Source of the DNA: an uncultured Planctomycetaceae bacterium
GTDB lineage: Bacteria; Planctomycetota; Planctomycetia; Planctomycetales; Planctomycetaceae
DNA: 64,000 bases
Assembly (NCBI GenBank): GCA_963976765.1
Contig: CAXBME010000032.1
Span: 1 to 64,000 of the forward strand
Direction of reading: 5' to 3'
Shown: one piece after another, positions 48,849 to 59,108 of the stretch
Position numbering within the stretch: position 1 is the first letter of the stretch
Layout: every line of letters begins with the position of its first letter
Notes under the pieces: model-generated
What the model was told of the DNA's origin: nothing
Databases searched by the model: none
What the model saw: the letters and a program-made list of their open reading frames with translations, nothing else
Made by a program: the position numbers and the translations under genes

Positions 48849-50313
48849 CGCAGGAATTTCAAATTCGACAGATGCAGGAAGCGGCCTCGACGTTACTCGT
48901 CGGTATTTTCTGGGGCAAGGTGCGGGGTTCGGTTTAGGGGCGATGGCTCTTCACCTGCTGAACGGTCAGACGTCGGCAGCTCAGACTTTCGATGCGCCGG
49001 GCAAACTCGGCGGGACGCCGTTTGCGCCTCGGGCAAAGCGAATCATCTTCCTCACCCAATCCGGAGGCCCATCTCAGATCGAGTTGTACGATGACAAGCC
49101 CGGTCTGATTGAGATGGCTGGAAAAGAGTTGCCGGCAAGCGTTCGCAACGGGCAGCGGCTGACGGCGATGACGGCAGGAAAAGCTCAGCTCGTAATGCCG
49201 GCGCATTCAAAGTTTCGTCGGCATGGTGAATCCGGAGCGACGGTCAGCAACTGGTTGCCTCACATTGGAGCGATCGCTGACGAGCTTTGTTTTGTCAAGT
49301 CGATGACGACGGATCAGATTAACCATGCTCCGGCGATGACTCGATTTCTGACGGGGCACCATTTGACGGGGCGACCCAGTATCGGCAGCTGGTTCAGCTA
49401 CGGACTCGGCAGCAGCAATCGTGACCTGCCCGACTTCCTGGTTCTGCTTTCGAAGATGAAACGCGGTAGCGATCAGCCGCTCTACGACCACTACTGGGGC
49501 AGCGGATTTCTGCCGTCGGTCTATCAGGGCGTCAAGCTTCGCAGCGCGAAAGACCCGGTGCTTTATCTGCGCGACCCGGAAGGCCTGCCTCGCCACCTGC
49601 GGCGCAACATGCTGGACGGGTTGAGTGATCTGAACCAGCTTCGTTTTGAGCAGACGCGTGATCCAGAGATTGAAACTCGAATCCAGCAGTACGAAATGGC
49701 GTACCGGATGCAGGCCAGTGTTCCCGAGTTGACCGACGTCAGCGACGAAACAGAATCGACTTTCGAGCTGTACGGGCCGGATTCACGTCGTCCTGGCAGC
49801 TATGCCGCAAACTGTATTCTAGCGCGAAGGCTGGCCGAACGCGGCGTTCGATTTATTCAGCTCTTCCACCCGGACTGGGATCATCACAGTCGGCTGCGCA
49901 GCTGGTGCACGGCGCGTTGCCGCGACACCGATCAGGCCAGCGCAGCACTGGTTCAGGATCTCAAACAGCGAGGACTGCTCGACGACACGCTGGTCATCTG
50001 GGGCGGCGAGTTCGGACGCGGAGTCGCCGGACAGGGGAAGTGGGACAGTCCGGAAGGTGGACGAGATCATCACCCGCGGTGTTACACAATCTGGATGGCC
50101 GGCGGTGGAATTAAATCCGGCACAACGTACGGAGCGACGGACGACTTCAGTTACAACGTTGCCGAGAATCCCGTCCATGTTCGAGACCTCCACGCCACCG
50201 TCATGCACCTGATGGGGATCAACCACGAACAGTTCAGTTACCGTTTCCAGGGTTTGGATTTTCGACTGACCGGTGTCGAGGAAGCGAAAGTGGTTCATGA
50301 CATTCTTGCCTGA
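48841..50313 (+). CDS. DUF1501 domain-containing protein
   Basis: TRRYFL, SGGPSQIEL, CILARRLAERGVRF, WDHH, GEFGR, GRDHHP; overlaps the upstream stop. Confidence 0.92.
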   Translation: MNDAGISNSTDAGSGLDVTRRYFLGQGAGFGLGAMALHLLNGQTSAAQTFDAPGKLGGTPFAPRAKRIIFLTQSGGPSQIELYDDKPGLIEMAGKELPASVRNGQRLTAMTAGKAQLVMPAHSKFRRHGESGATVSNWLPHIGAIADELCFVKSMTTDQINHAPAMTRFLTGHHLTGRPSIGSWFSYGLGSSNRDLPDFLVLLSKMKRGSDQPLYDHYWGSGFLPSVYQGVKLRSAKDPVLYLRDPEGLPRHLRRNMLDGLSDLNQLRFEQTRDPEIETRIQQYEMAYRMQASVPELTDVSDETESTFELYGPDSRRPGSYAANCILARRLAERGVRFIQLFHPDWDHHSRLRSWCTARCRDTDQASAALVQDLKQRGLLDDTLVIWGGEFGRGVAGQGKWDSPEGGRDHHPRCYTIWMAGGGIKSGTTYGATDDFSYNVAENPVHVRDLHATVMHLMGINHEQFSYRFQGLDFRLTGVEEAKVVHDILA

Positions 50314-50438
50314 CCGTTCGATTGAAGAATGGCAATATGCCCTGATCGATGAAGGGGTGGGAGTCGACTGCAAGCTGGAACAAGCCCGGCGCAGTTCCGG
50401 CGAACGGAAAGCGGTGGGCTACTGATTCTCCGCACAGA

Positions 50439-50565
50439 AGCCTGTTGAGAAACGCCTGACTCGCCAGTTCAATGTGTGCCACTGGCTTTGCCAATGCGGA
50501 ATTTCGTACCAACGCCGATTACAAAATGCACTGGCGGAGCCAGTGGCACACTTTTCCAACGGGCT
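50439..50565. repeat. REP doublet (REPIN) nested inside 14-bp imperfect inverted repeats
   Basis: AGCCTGTTGAGAAA ... GTGTGCCACTGGCTTTGCCAATGC ... GCACTGGCGGAGCCAGTGGCACAC TTTTCCAACGGGCT. Confidence 0.8.
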
Positions 50566-50610
50566 GATAGCCTGTTACAGCCTGCGAGTCATTAACGAGG
50601 AACGGTCGGC

Positions 50611-51891
50611 GTGAGCGAATGCGGCAACAGGATTTTCACCGACGTTGCCTGCACGATGTGCGGCTGCGTGTGTGACGACCTTAAACTCAGGATTGTTGAC
50701 GGGCAGATTGTCGGAGTGTCTCCCGGTTGTGCATTAGCGGAACCGTGGCTGCTCGGGCAGTCGTCGTTCGACCGACCGTTGTGTTCGATCAGCGGGCGAC
50801 CGGTTTCGATGGACGAGGCTGTTCATCACGCATCGGAAATCCTGGTGAAGTCAACTTCGCCACTGATTTACGGATTGTCGAGCAGCAGCACTCCCGGTCA
50901 GCGCTCCGCCGTTCGGCTGGCTGATTCGATCGGAGCAGTCATTGACACTACGGCGTCGACGTGCCACTCGCCGTCGATCGTGGCGCTCCAGAGCGTCGGT
51001 GAAAGTACATGCTCGCTGGGCGAGATTCGAAACCGTTCGGACCTGGTGATCTATTGGGGAAGCAACCCGTCGAAAAGTCATCCGCGTCACATGGAGCGGT
51101 TTGTCGATTCACCAGGGCTGGGTATTCCAGCTGGGCGAGCCGGTCGGCACGTCGTCGTTGTTGATGTGAAATGGTCCGAGAGTGCAGAGCTGGCCGACAC
51201 TTTTATTCAGGTTGAGTCGGGCAAGGATCTGGAAGTTCTGTGGGCGCTTCGAGGTTTGATAACGGGATTACCGCTGGAAGCTGCTGCTGTCGGTGGCGTT
51301 TCTCGCGAGACCCTGATCGACCTCGCAGGCCGGATGAAACAAAGTCGGTACGGTGCTGTGTTTTTTGGTCTGGGACTGACTCGACACGGGATTCCTCATC
51401 TGAATGTCGAGGCACTTCTTCGGCTGGTGACGGACCTGAATCGGCATACCCGGTTTGTCGTCAGACGCATGAGAATTCCTGGCGACGTGGCTGGCGCCGA
51501 CAGTGTGCTGTGCTGGCAGACAGGCTACCCGTTCAGCGTCAGCCTGAACCGAACCTACCCTCGTTATAATCCGGGTGAATTTACGGCAAACGACATGCTT
51601 GAACGTCACGAAGTTGACGCCGCCGTTCTCGTTGGCACAGAGGGGGGCGAGAAGTTGTCGGACGATGCCCGAGCCTGGCTTCGCAAAATACCATCGGTGA
51701 TTCTTGAGCATTCAGGAGTTGAATGCTCAATGCCCGGGACGGTGCGATTCACAACGGCAGTCTACGGAATCCATCGACCAGGCACGGCGTACCGGATGGA
51801 CGAAACGCCGATCCCGTTGCGCAGGATTCTGGATTCAACGCTGCCGGCGGACCACGAAGTGCTGGACGCAATCATTGAAAGTGTCATGTAG
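50611..51891 (+). CDS. fwdB: Formylmethanofuran dehydrogenase subunit B-like (FwdB/FhcB)
   Basis: CTMCGCVCDD Fe-S motif, STCHSP, CSLGEIRNRSDLVIYWGSNP..SHPRH, WQTGYPF, GTAYRMD. Confidence 0.85.
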   Translation: MSECGNRIFTDVACTMCGCVCDDLKLRIVDGQIVGVSPGCALAEPWLLGQSSFDRPLCSISGRPVSMDEAVHHASEILVKSTSPLIYGLSSSSTPGQRSAVRLADSIGAVIDTTASTCHSPSIVALQSVGESTCSLGEIRNRSDLVIYWGSNPSKSHPRHMERFVDSPGLGIPAGRAGRHVVVVDVKWSESAELADTFIQVESGKDLEVLWALRGLITGLPLEAAAVGGVSRETLIDLAGRMKQSRYGAVFFGLGLTRHGIPHLNVEALLRLVTDLNRHTRFVVRRMRIPGDVAGADSVLCWQTGYPFSVSLNRTYPRYNPGEFTANDMLERHEVDAAVLVGTEGGEKLSDDARAWLRKIPSVILEHSGVECSMPGTVRFTTAVYGIHRPGTAYRMDETPIPLRRILDSTLPADHEVLDAIIESVM

Positions 51892-51927
51892 GTCAGGCGC
51901 TGCCTTGCAGAGTTTGCTCCTGGAATT

Positions 51928-51990
51928 AACCACGGAAGGAACGGAAAAACACGGAAGACAGGAATCGCTGTTCCGTGTCTTTGGTGTTTC
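51928..51990. repeat. ACCACGGAA-type repeat, copy 2
   Basis: AACCACGGAAGGAACGGAAAAACACGGAAGACAGGAATC...TTCCGTGTCTTTGGTG. Confidence 0.75.
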
Positions 51991-52082
51991 AAACCGTCTG
52001 ACATTTATTGGTGAATGAGTCGCTTCAGATAGTTCGAACGTTAGCCTGCCGGTTTCAATTTGCGAAAACAGGGAAAATCATC

Positions 52083-53009
52083 ATGCGAGTTGTCGAACAT
52101 CGTTCAAAGGGTTTGTCTCTCCTGCTGGGAGTGATTGTCGGGGTGGTCGCTTCGGGCTCGCAGGCGGCGGACTTGTCGCCCGGTACATCGATACCTGTGT
52201 GGCCAGACCTGGCTCCGGGAGAAACCTCGCGCGACATCGGCATCGCTCAGCCGCCGCGAGAGGGGGAAGACCCGCCGGTGACTCGGCTGGTGAATATCCG
52301 GAAGCCAACGATCGATGTGTTCCCTGCGCAAAAGCCGAACGGTACCGCCATCGTTGTGCTGCCCGGTGGAGGCTTCGCAAAGGTTGTTCCTGACAAAGAA
52401 GGTTCCGAAGCGGCTCCGTGGCTGAACGCTCACGGCATTTCCGTTTTCGTCGTTCGATATCGGACCAACGAAGTTACTCCCAAAGAGGAGCCGGCATGGA
52501 AGCGTCCTTTGCAGGACGGCCAGCGAGCGGTGCGGCTGCTCCGAGCCAACGCCGGGAAATGGCACATTGACAAAGACAAAGTTGGAGTGCTGGGTTTCTC
52601 GGCCGGCGGTCAGGTGGCGTCGATCCTGTACACTGCCGACAGCGTCGCCGCTTACGAACCACTCGACGATATCGACAAACAATCCTGTCGCCCCGACTTC
52701 TCGCTGCTGATTTACCCGTGGAACGTTTACGACGCGAAGACTCAGCAGCTACTCCCTGAAATCCGATTGAACGCCAAGTCGCCGCCAGCCTTCATCGTCC
52801 ACACGCATGACGACCGCTCTTCGTCAATGGGTAGCGTGCTGATCTACGCTGGCTTGAAGCAGCACAATGTCGAGGCCGAACTCCACATCTACGGAAACGG
52901 TGGCCACGGCTACGGCATGCGCCCCGTCAACGGTTCAGACATCGGCACCTGGCCGGAGCGAGCATCCGAATGGCTGGTACGGCGCGATCTCGCTCGGACT
53001 GCCGAGTGA
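52083..53009 (+). CDS. Secreted alpha/beta hydrolase (BD-FAE-like carbohydrate esterase)
   Basis: LPGGGF, KEG, GFSAGG, RPDF..LIYP, GGHGYG. Confidence 0.88.
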   Translation: MRVVEHRSKGLSLLLGVIVGVVASGSQAADLSPGTSIPVWPDLAPGETSRDIGIAQPPREGEDPPVTRLVNIRKPTIDVFPAQKPNGTAIVVLPGGGFAKVVPDKEGSEAAPWLNAHGISVFVVRYRTNEVTPKEEPAWKRPLQDGQRAVRLLRANAGKWHIDKDKVGVLGFSAGGQVASILYTADSVAAYEPLDDIDKQSCRPDFSLLIYPWNVYDAKTQQLLPEIRLNAKSPPAFIVHTHDDRSSSMGSVLIYAGLKQHNVEAELHIYGNGGHGYGMRPVNGSDIGTWPERASEWLVRRDLARTAE

Positions 53010-53031
53010 TGGCGGCCTTCTAACGAACTTC

Positions 53032-54363
53032 TTATCCGACAAGTTCGCGGATCGGGCGGGCGTCTTCCGGCATGATGCGGACGGGACGCTCGTTGACGTC
53101 TCGGATAAATTCGTGCGGATCGATTCCCAGGTTGTGGTAGACCGTGGCCAGAATATCGCGGTAATCGATCGGTCGAGTTTCGGCCTGGGCGGCTGTCTTA
53201 TCGGTGGAGCCAATAACCTGGCCTACCTGCATGCCTCCACCAGAGAGCAGGGCACTCTGGACGGGAGCCCAGTGATCTCGACCAGCATTCTTGTTGATCT
53301 TCGGGGTGCGACCAAACTCGCCCCACACGACGACGGATACGTCATTTGCGAGGCCACGGTCGTGGATGTCTTCGATGAGCGTCGCGATGCCCGCGTCGAA
53401 CGTTGGCAGATGCTGCTTCAGATGCTTGAAATTATTGCCGTGGGTGTCCCAGAATCCGTAAGCAACCGTCACCACACGGACGCCGGATTCAACAAGGCGG
53501 CGAGCGATGAGCAGTTGGTCGTTCCACAGCGGAGCGCCGTCGCCAAGATGTTTGGACGATCCTTTGCCGTAGCGTTCGCGCAACTCGGGAGACTCCTGCT
53601 CTACATCCATCGCGTTGACGAACTGCGAAGAGGTCAGCACATCGAAGGCACGGCGGTAATTCTCGTCAACGCCGTTCAGTCCCTGTTGATCGGCGGCGGT
53701 GCGGAACTGATTGAGCTGGTCCAGCAATGCCCGACGATTGCCAAGCTGCGGTGGTTCGATAAACCTCAGTTTCATACTGGCGAGATCTTCGCCGTCAGCT
53801 CGGACCTGATTGAACTGTGTCCCTAAATAGCCCGCTCCCGAACTGTTGTACGGACGGTGCTTCATGGTTGGAAACAGGTCGACAAACGGTGGGGTGACCG
53901 GATCGGTTGGTCCCTGGACTTTCGCGACCACGGAACCGAAGTTTGGCAGACCGTCGCGCTGGACGGTGCCCATGGTGGAGCCGCACAGGCTTTGAAAGCT
54001 GCTGTGCTCGTCCCGCTGGCCAACTACCGAGCGAATAATCGCACACTTATCGGCAACCTGAGCAAGCTTCGGGAGATGATCACCGAATTCGATGCCCGGT
54101 ACGCTGGTTGGAATCGGATTGAACTCGCCGCGAATTTCTTTTGGCGCGAGTGGTTTTAAGTCGAACGTATCCTGATGCGATATTCCACCGGACAGGTAGA
54201 CCATGATAATTGACTTGTGAGAACTGCCTGTGCCTGCCGCAGACTCTGCCCGCAGCAACTCCGGCAGCGTCAGTCCACCAACAGCCAGCGAACCGGCCTG
54301 CAGAAACGATCGACGTGTCACACCATCACAAAAACGATGACTTGGACCGGTAAACTTCAGCAT
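53032..54363 (-). CDS. DUF1501 domain-containing protein
   Basis: FCDGVTRRSFLQ, LSGGISHQDTFDLKP, ARRLVESGV, WDTH, WGEFGRTP, GRDHW. Confidence 0.92.
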   Translation of the reverse strand: MLKFTGPSHRFCDGVTRRSFLQAGSLAVGGLTLPELLRAESAAGTGSSHKSIIMVYLSGGISHQDTFDLKPLAPKEIRGEFNPIPTSVPGIEFGDHLPKLAQVADKCAIIRSVVGQRDEHSSFQSLCGSTMGTVQRDGLPNFGSVVAKVQGPTDPVTPPFVDLFPTMKHRPYNSSGAGYLGTQFNQVRADGEDLASMKLRFIEPPQLGNRRALLDQLNQFRTAADQQGLNGVDENYRRAFDVLTSSQFVNAMDVEQESPELRERYGKGSSKHLGDGAPLWNDQLLIARRLVESGVRVVTVAYGFWDTHGNNFKHLKQHLPTFDAGIATLIEDIHDRGLANDVSVVVWGEFGRTPKINKNAGRDHWAPVQSALLSGGGMQVGQVIGSTDKTAAQAETRPIDYRDILATVYHNLGIDPHEFIRDVNERPVRIMPEDARPIRELVG

Positions 54364-54627
54364 GTCAGGTCTCGCAGAAAAGCAACAATTACCAAAAAGC
54401 TGGCGGTCAGAGTCGACTCAAGATAGCACTATTTAGCGAAGCTGGAAGTTTCAACGAAGGTCGAATCGCTTATGGAGGGTATGTCGCCAGCATGGTTGAA
54501 AGCGGATCCATGACGTCGACAATGCGAGTAAGTAGATTGTGTGAGAGTTTTCCTGATTGTCTGACGAGTTTCTCTGTGCGGAGCTGGCAGGCAAACACCA
54601 AGTCACAATTTTGAGGCGAAGCTACTC

Positions 54628-55755
54628 TTGTCTGATCGCGAATCATCAAGTCGGCGGGATTTTCTGGCGGGGAAGAGTTTGCGCTCGGAGGTCGAAGGGG
54701 TTTCGCGGGCGGCGGGTGATGCGTTGCTCGGGGGGATGGGTGAGGGGACAGGGCAGGGGAGTCAGCCGGAAGGGGGCGAGACGTTACGGTTGGAAACTCG
54801 CGCGATGGCGTGCGCGTTTTCGGTTATTATGAACCCGGGCGAGCATCAGCGGATGTGGGTGGCGTCGGACGCGCTGGAATTGGTGCATCGGCTGGAGCAG
54901 CAGATGACCGTCTATCGGGAAGACAGCGAGCTCTCGCAGATTAACCGCCAGGCACCTGATAGTCCGGTGAGTGTTGAGGCCGGGCTGTTTGGTCTGCTGT
55001 TGAAATGTCGCGAACTGGCTGCTGCCACCGAGGGAGCTTTTGATCCGACGTCGGGGCCGTTGATCGCGTTGTGGCGACGGTGTCGCGATGCTGGTCGAAT
55101 TCCGACTCAGGAAGAAATCGACGAGTGTCGGCTCGCGACGGGAATCGAGCATGTTTCGCTGGATGAGAAAGTGTTGACCGTTTCTTATAACCGGGCGGGG
55201 GTCGAGCTGAACCTTGGCGGGATCGGGAAGGGCTACGCGCTGGACCGTTGTGTCGAGCAACTCGTGAAGCAACGGTTCGACGGGTTTGTCATGCACGGCG
55301 GGCAGAGCAGTCTGCTTGCTCGGGGAGATCACAATCAGCAGGGCGGCTGGCCAGTCGGAATTGGGAACCCTTTGTTTACGGACAAACGGCTGGGGACGAT
55401 CCTGCTGCAGGATCAGGCAATGTCGACCAGCGGCTCGAACATCCAGTATTTCAGGCATAAAGGGCGGCGTTACGGGCATATTCTGGATCCTCGCACCGGC
55501 TGGCCGGTCGAAGGGACTTTGTCTGTGACGGTGGTGGCTCCGTCAGCTGCGGTGGCTGATGCACTTTCTACGGCGTTTTTTGTCGGCGGGGTCGAAATTG
55601 CCCGGCAGTGTTGTGATAATCTGCCGAACGTTGGTGCCGTGTTGATCCCTCGACCAGACCGTGGCCGACGTGTTCGCCCGGTGGTGATTGGCATTCCTGA
55701 TGACCAGCTCTTCTGGGATTTCGAACAGGTCGAGTTGTCGTCATCGCCGTCATGA
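54628..55755 (+). CDS. apbE: FAD:protein FMN transferase
   Basis: AMAC, SELSQIN, GAFDPT, NLGGIGKGYALD, STSG, HILDPRTG, ADALSTA. Confidence 0.92.
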   Translation: MSDRESSSRRDFLAGKSLRSEVEGVSRAAGDALLGGMGEGTGQGSQPEGGETLRLETRAMACAFSVIMNPGEHQRMWVASDALELVHRLEQQMTVYREDSELSQINRQAPDSPVSVEAGLFGLLLKCRELAAATEGAFDPTSGPLIALWRRCRDAGRIPTQEEIDECRLATGIEHVSLDEKVLTVSYNRAGVELNLGGIGKGYALDRCVEQLVKQRFDGFVMHGGQSSLLARGDHNQQGGWPVGIGNPLFTDKRLGTILLQDQAMSTSGSNIQYFRHKGRRYGHILDPRTGWPVEGTLSVTVVAPSAAVADALSTAFFVGGVEIARQCCDNLPNVGAVLIPRPDRGRRVRPVVIGIPDDQLFWDFEQVELSSSPS

Positions 55756-55866
55756 AATTTCTGAGCCGCTTGCAGAATGGGGCTAGTCCTGCCAGATTTG
55801 TTGAAGGCGTGACTGCTTCCGCATAGTGGTTCGCTCCTGCCTTTCGCCGATCAACCGGATGCTGAT

Positions 55867-57246
55867 GTGTCCGGCCCTCCTGGCGATTCTGAAACTCATC
55901 CGATTCACACCGATATTTGCCGAGTTAAATTCGTGAAAGATCCGTATCGCCTTGCTCTTCCGGCTTTGATTCTGGTCGTCGTGCTCCGCATGTCGATCGG
56001 GTGGCAGTTGCTGTACGAGGGCCTGTGGAAGATTGACACGCTCAGCAGTCCGAAGCCGTGGACGGCTGAAGGTTACCTGAAAAATGCGGAAGGACCGCTG
56101 CGAGGTGTGTTCCGTGAAATGTCGGGTGACCCGGACGATCTCGGCTGGCTCGACTACGACACCACCGTAGCCAGCTGGGACGACTGGCTGGCCAGATTCA
56201 CGTCTCATTACCAGCTCGACGATAAGCAGAAGGGTTCGCTGCATCGGCTTGTCGAGGGGGCGTACTCGACGATTAAGTCCGGCAAGGGAACTCGTAAGGT
56301 CTATGTCGAAGCGCTGGATGCTCTGCCGGAAGGCGTCTCCGATCTGAAGGCCGCGAGTCGTGTTTCTGATCGGGTCGTCTGGTTCGATGCGAAGGCAAAA
56401 CGAATTTACGTTGACGCAGTCGAGCATCTGACGCCGGACGAACTGGAGAAACTCAAGGCGGTTGCCAAAGGACGCACCGACGCGGCTTCGAAAGCGTATC
56501 TGACGGCTGTGCAGAAAGTGTTCGACCGGCAGAAGAAGGGGATGGGTTTCAAAGAGAAGCTGCTGGGGACTTTGAAGGGCGACCCTGACCTGGTCGGTAA
56601 CGAAGACTGGCAGCGAGTCGGCAAGCTTCAGGAATACAAAGAACGCCTCATTCGTTACGAGAACGCACGGGCGAAGGCGGATCAGGATTTCGAATGGGAT
56701 CACCTCGATCATGTGTGGGAAGAACTTCAGTCGCTTCGTGCTGAACTTTCCGCTCCGGTTAAAGCCTTGGATTCGGAGTTGCGTGAGAAGGCTCAGTCGA
56801 TCCTCACCTTGAATCAGCTGTCGATGGGGCCTGTGCCTGGACGATGGACCAAACTCGAATTCGCCGATCAGTCGACGATTATCGGGCTGACCGTTTTCGG
56901 GACGATGCTGCTGCTGGGGCTGGGAACCCGGATCGCCGCATTTGGCGGAGCGGTCATGCTGTTCAACTTTTATCTGGCAATGCCACCGTGGCCTGGAGTT
57001 CCTGCCGCTCCGGGACCTGAGCACAGTTACGTGATCAACAAGAATCTGATCGAGGTGATCGCGCTGCTGGGGATAGCGGCGATGCCGACCGGATCATGGT
57101 TCGGTGTTGACGCCATTCTCTCTCGTTTGTGCGGTGGGTGCTGCAAACGGAAATCGGAACCTGTCGAATTGACGGAGTCTGTGACTGCTGCTGCACCCGT
57201 CAACAAAGAGACAGCAAGTGAGTCGCCATCCGGCGCTGACTCGTAA
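55867..57246 (+). CDS. DoxX family membrane protein with large soluble insertion
   Basis: LRMSIGWQLLYEGLWK, WTAEGYL, LGLGTRIAA, YVINKNLIE, WFGVD; real start may be GTG 55933. Confidence 0.82.
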   Translation: MSGPPGDSETHPIHTDICRVKFVKDPYRLALPALILVVVLRMSIGWQLLYEGLWKIDTLSSPKPWTAEGYLKNAEGPLRGVFREMSGDPDDLGWLDYDTTVASWDDWLARFTSHYQLDDKQKGSLHRLVEGAYSTIKSGKGTRKVYVEALDALPEGVSDLKAASRVSDRVVWFDAKAKRIYVDAVEHLTPDELEKLKAVAKGRTDAASKAYLTAVQKVFDRQKKGMGFKEKLLGTLKGDPDLVGNEDWQRVGKLQEYKERLIRYENARAKADQDFEWDHLDHVWEELQSLRAELSAPVKALDSELREKAQSILTLNQLSMGPVPGRWTKLEFADQSTIIGLTVFGTMLLLGLGTRIAAFGGAVMLFNFYLAMPPWPGVPAAPGPEHSYVINKNLIEVIALLGIAAMPTGSWFGVDAILSRLCGGCCKRKSEPVELTESVTAAAPVNKETASESPSGADS

Positions 57247-57398
57247 AATTCATAAAGCCACATTGAATTGAGGCTGAACGAACTTTGATCAAGATCATGA
57301 CGATCTGAAATTCAGAAATTTCATAAGTACATCCGCTTAACCAGATAACTGAACGCCGCGAAAATTCGCACGCAACACTCAGTTCAAGGAGCATCAAA

Positions 57399-58982
57399 AT
57401 GCTGCTGACACCAGAACAGGAAAAGATCGGTAAAGACAACTTCAACGAGGTTGTTGGACTTTCCCGTCGTGACTTTATGAAGGGAGCGGCCGCGGCTGGA
57501 ACAGGTCTTGGTGCGTTCTACTTTGGCTACGAGAAGCTGAAGGGTGACCCGGTTCGAGTTGCGTTTATCGGGACGGGTGACGAAGGCAATGTCCTGATTA
57601 ACGAACACCCGACCGACTACATGAAGATCGTCGCGATTGCTGATCTTCGACCGGCGAATCGCGAGCGGACGTTTACCGGCAGTCACCCGGTGGCTCGGCG
57701 CGGCCTGAACAAGGTGCTTGGGCAGGCGACCGCTTCCGAGATCAAGACCTACACGAATCACCGTGACCTCCTGAAAGACAAAGACGCACTCGGTTTGGAA
57801 GCGGTCGTCATCGCCGTGCCGCTTAATCAGCATGCACCGATCGCCGTCGATTGCCTGGAAGCCGGACTGCACGTTCTGTGCGAGAAGCTGATGGCTCAGA
57901 ACGTGACCGATTGCAAGAAGATGATCAACACAGCTGACAAGAATGACTTGATGCTGGCCGTCGGGCATCAACGTCACTACAGCGTGCTGTACGACAATGC
58001 TGCTCACATGGCAAAAATGGGACTGCTCGGCGACATCAAGTTCATCCGTGCTCAGTGGCACCGGAACAACAGTTTTCCGAACAGCGACGCCTGGCAGAAA
58101 TGGGATGGCGCCAAGCAGGTCGATAAGGATCTGCTGCTCAAGCTGGAAAAATCCGGCGAGCTGAAAGATTACGGCTACGAAACGGCTCGAAGTCTGATCG
58201 ACTGGCGTTTGTATAACTCGACGGGCGGTGGTTTGATGGCCGAACTCGGCAGCCATCAGATGGACGCGGCGAGTATCTTCCTCGGAAAGGTTCATCCACT
58301 GGCAGTACAGGGCTACGGCGGGAAGAACTTTTTCGGCATGGAAGGAGTTGGCCCCGAATCTGCCTGGAAGGACGATCGGGACATCGACGATCAGATTTTC
58401 GTCACGTTCGAGTTTCCCGGGAAAACACACCCGGTTCATCCCTCGCTGATCGCCGCGCAAAAGGATGATCCAAAGACGCCGTCGCACGATCGTGACGTCA
58501 GTATCGTGACTTACTCATCGATGAATACGAACCGGTGGGAGCCTTACGGCGAAGCGGTGTTTGGAAGTCGCGGTACCGTTGTCATGAAGACCGAAAAAGA
58601 GGCCCTGCTTTACAAGGAAGCCAGCAAGGACAGTCCCGGCGGCTTCGAGCAGCGTTGCTGGGTGGTCAGCAGCAAAGACGGTGGTCCCGTGCTGGACAGC
58701 TACGAAACGGCGGCTCCGTCGGCGGCGGCCAACACGGCTCAGCAGGGGATGGGAGCGTCGATCAGTCGAGGCTATCGCGAAGAAATGGAACACTGGTGCT
58801 ACTGCATTCGTACCGGTAAGGACGAACTTCGTTGTAACGGAACGGTGGCGATGGCTGATGCCATCATGGCATTAACGGCCAACCTCGCGATGAAACACAG
58901 GAAACGAATCGAATTCAAAGCGGACTGGTTTGATCCAAAGAGTGAGGCGGCACCGGAAACCGACCCGGAAGTCGTCGGTTGA
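57399..58982 (+). CDS. Gfo/Idh/MocA oxidoreductase with twin-Arg motif
   Basis: SRRDFMK, IGTGDEG, LCEKLM, VGHQRHY, WRLY...[23 protein letters not shown]. Confidence 0.9.
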   Translation: MLLTPEQEKIGKDNFNEVVGLSRRDFMKGAAAAGTGLGAFYFGYEKLKGDPVRVAFIGTGDEGNVLINEHPTDYMKIVAIADLRPANRERTFTGSHPVARRGLNKVLGQATASEIKTYTNHRDLLKDKDALGLEAVVIAVPLNQHAPIAVDCLEAGLHVLCEKLMAQNVTDCKKMINTADKNDLMLAVGHQRHYSVLYDNAAHMAKMGLLGDIKFIRAQWHRNNSFPNSDAWQKWDGAKQVDKDLLLKLEKSGELKDYGYETARSLIDWRLYNSTGGGLMAELGSHQMDAASIFLGKVHPLAVQGYGGKNFFGMEGVGPESAWKDDRDIDDQIFVTFEFPGKTHPVHPSLIAAQKDDPKTPSHDRDVSIVTYSSMNTNRWEPYGEAVFGSRGTVVMKTEKEALLYKEASKDSPGGFEQRCWVVSSKDGGPVLDSYETAAPSAAANTAQQGMGASISRGYREEMEHWCYCIRTGKDELRCNGTVAMADAIMALTANLAMKHRKRIEFKADWFDPKSEAAPETDPEVVG

Positions 58983-59108
58983 TACATTGAAATGGCTTGG
59001 CGGCGACGACTTGTTCCGAGAAATAAGCGTTGCCTTCCCGGGCTCGCATTATAGGGAAATATGCACCCCGTCTGCTGTTAGTAGCCGGGGTGCTTTTGTG
59101 GTGTAACG

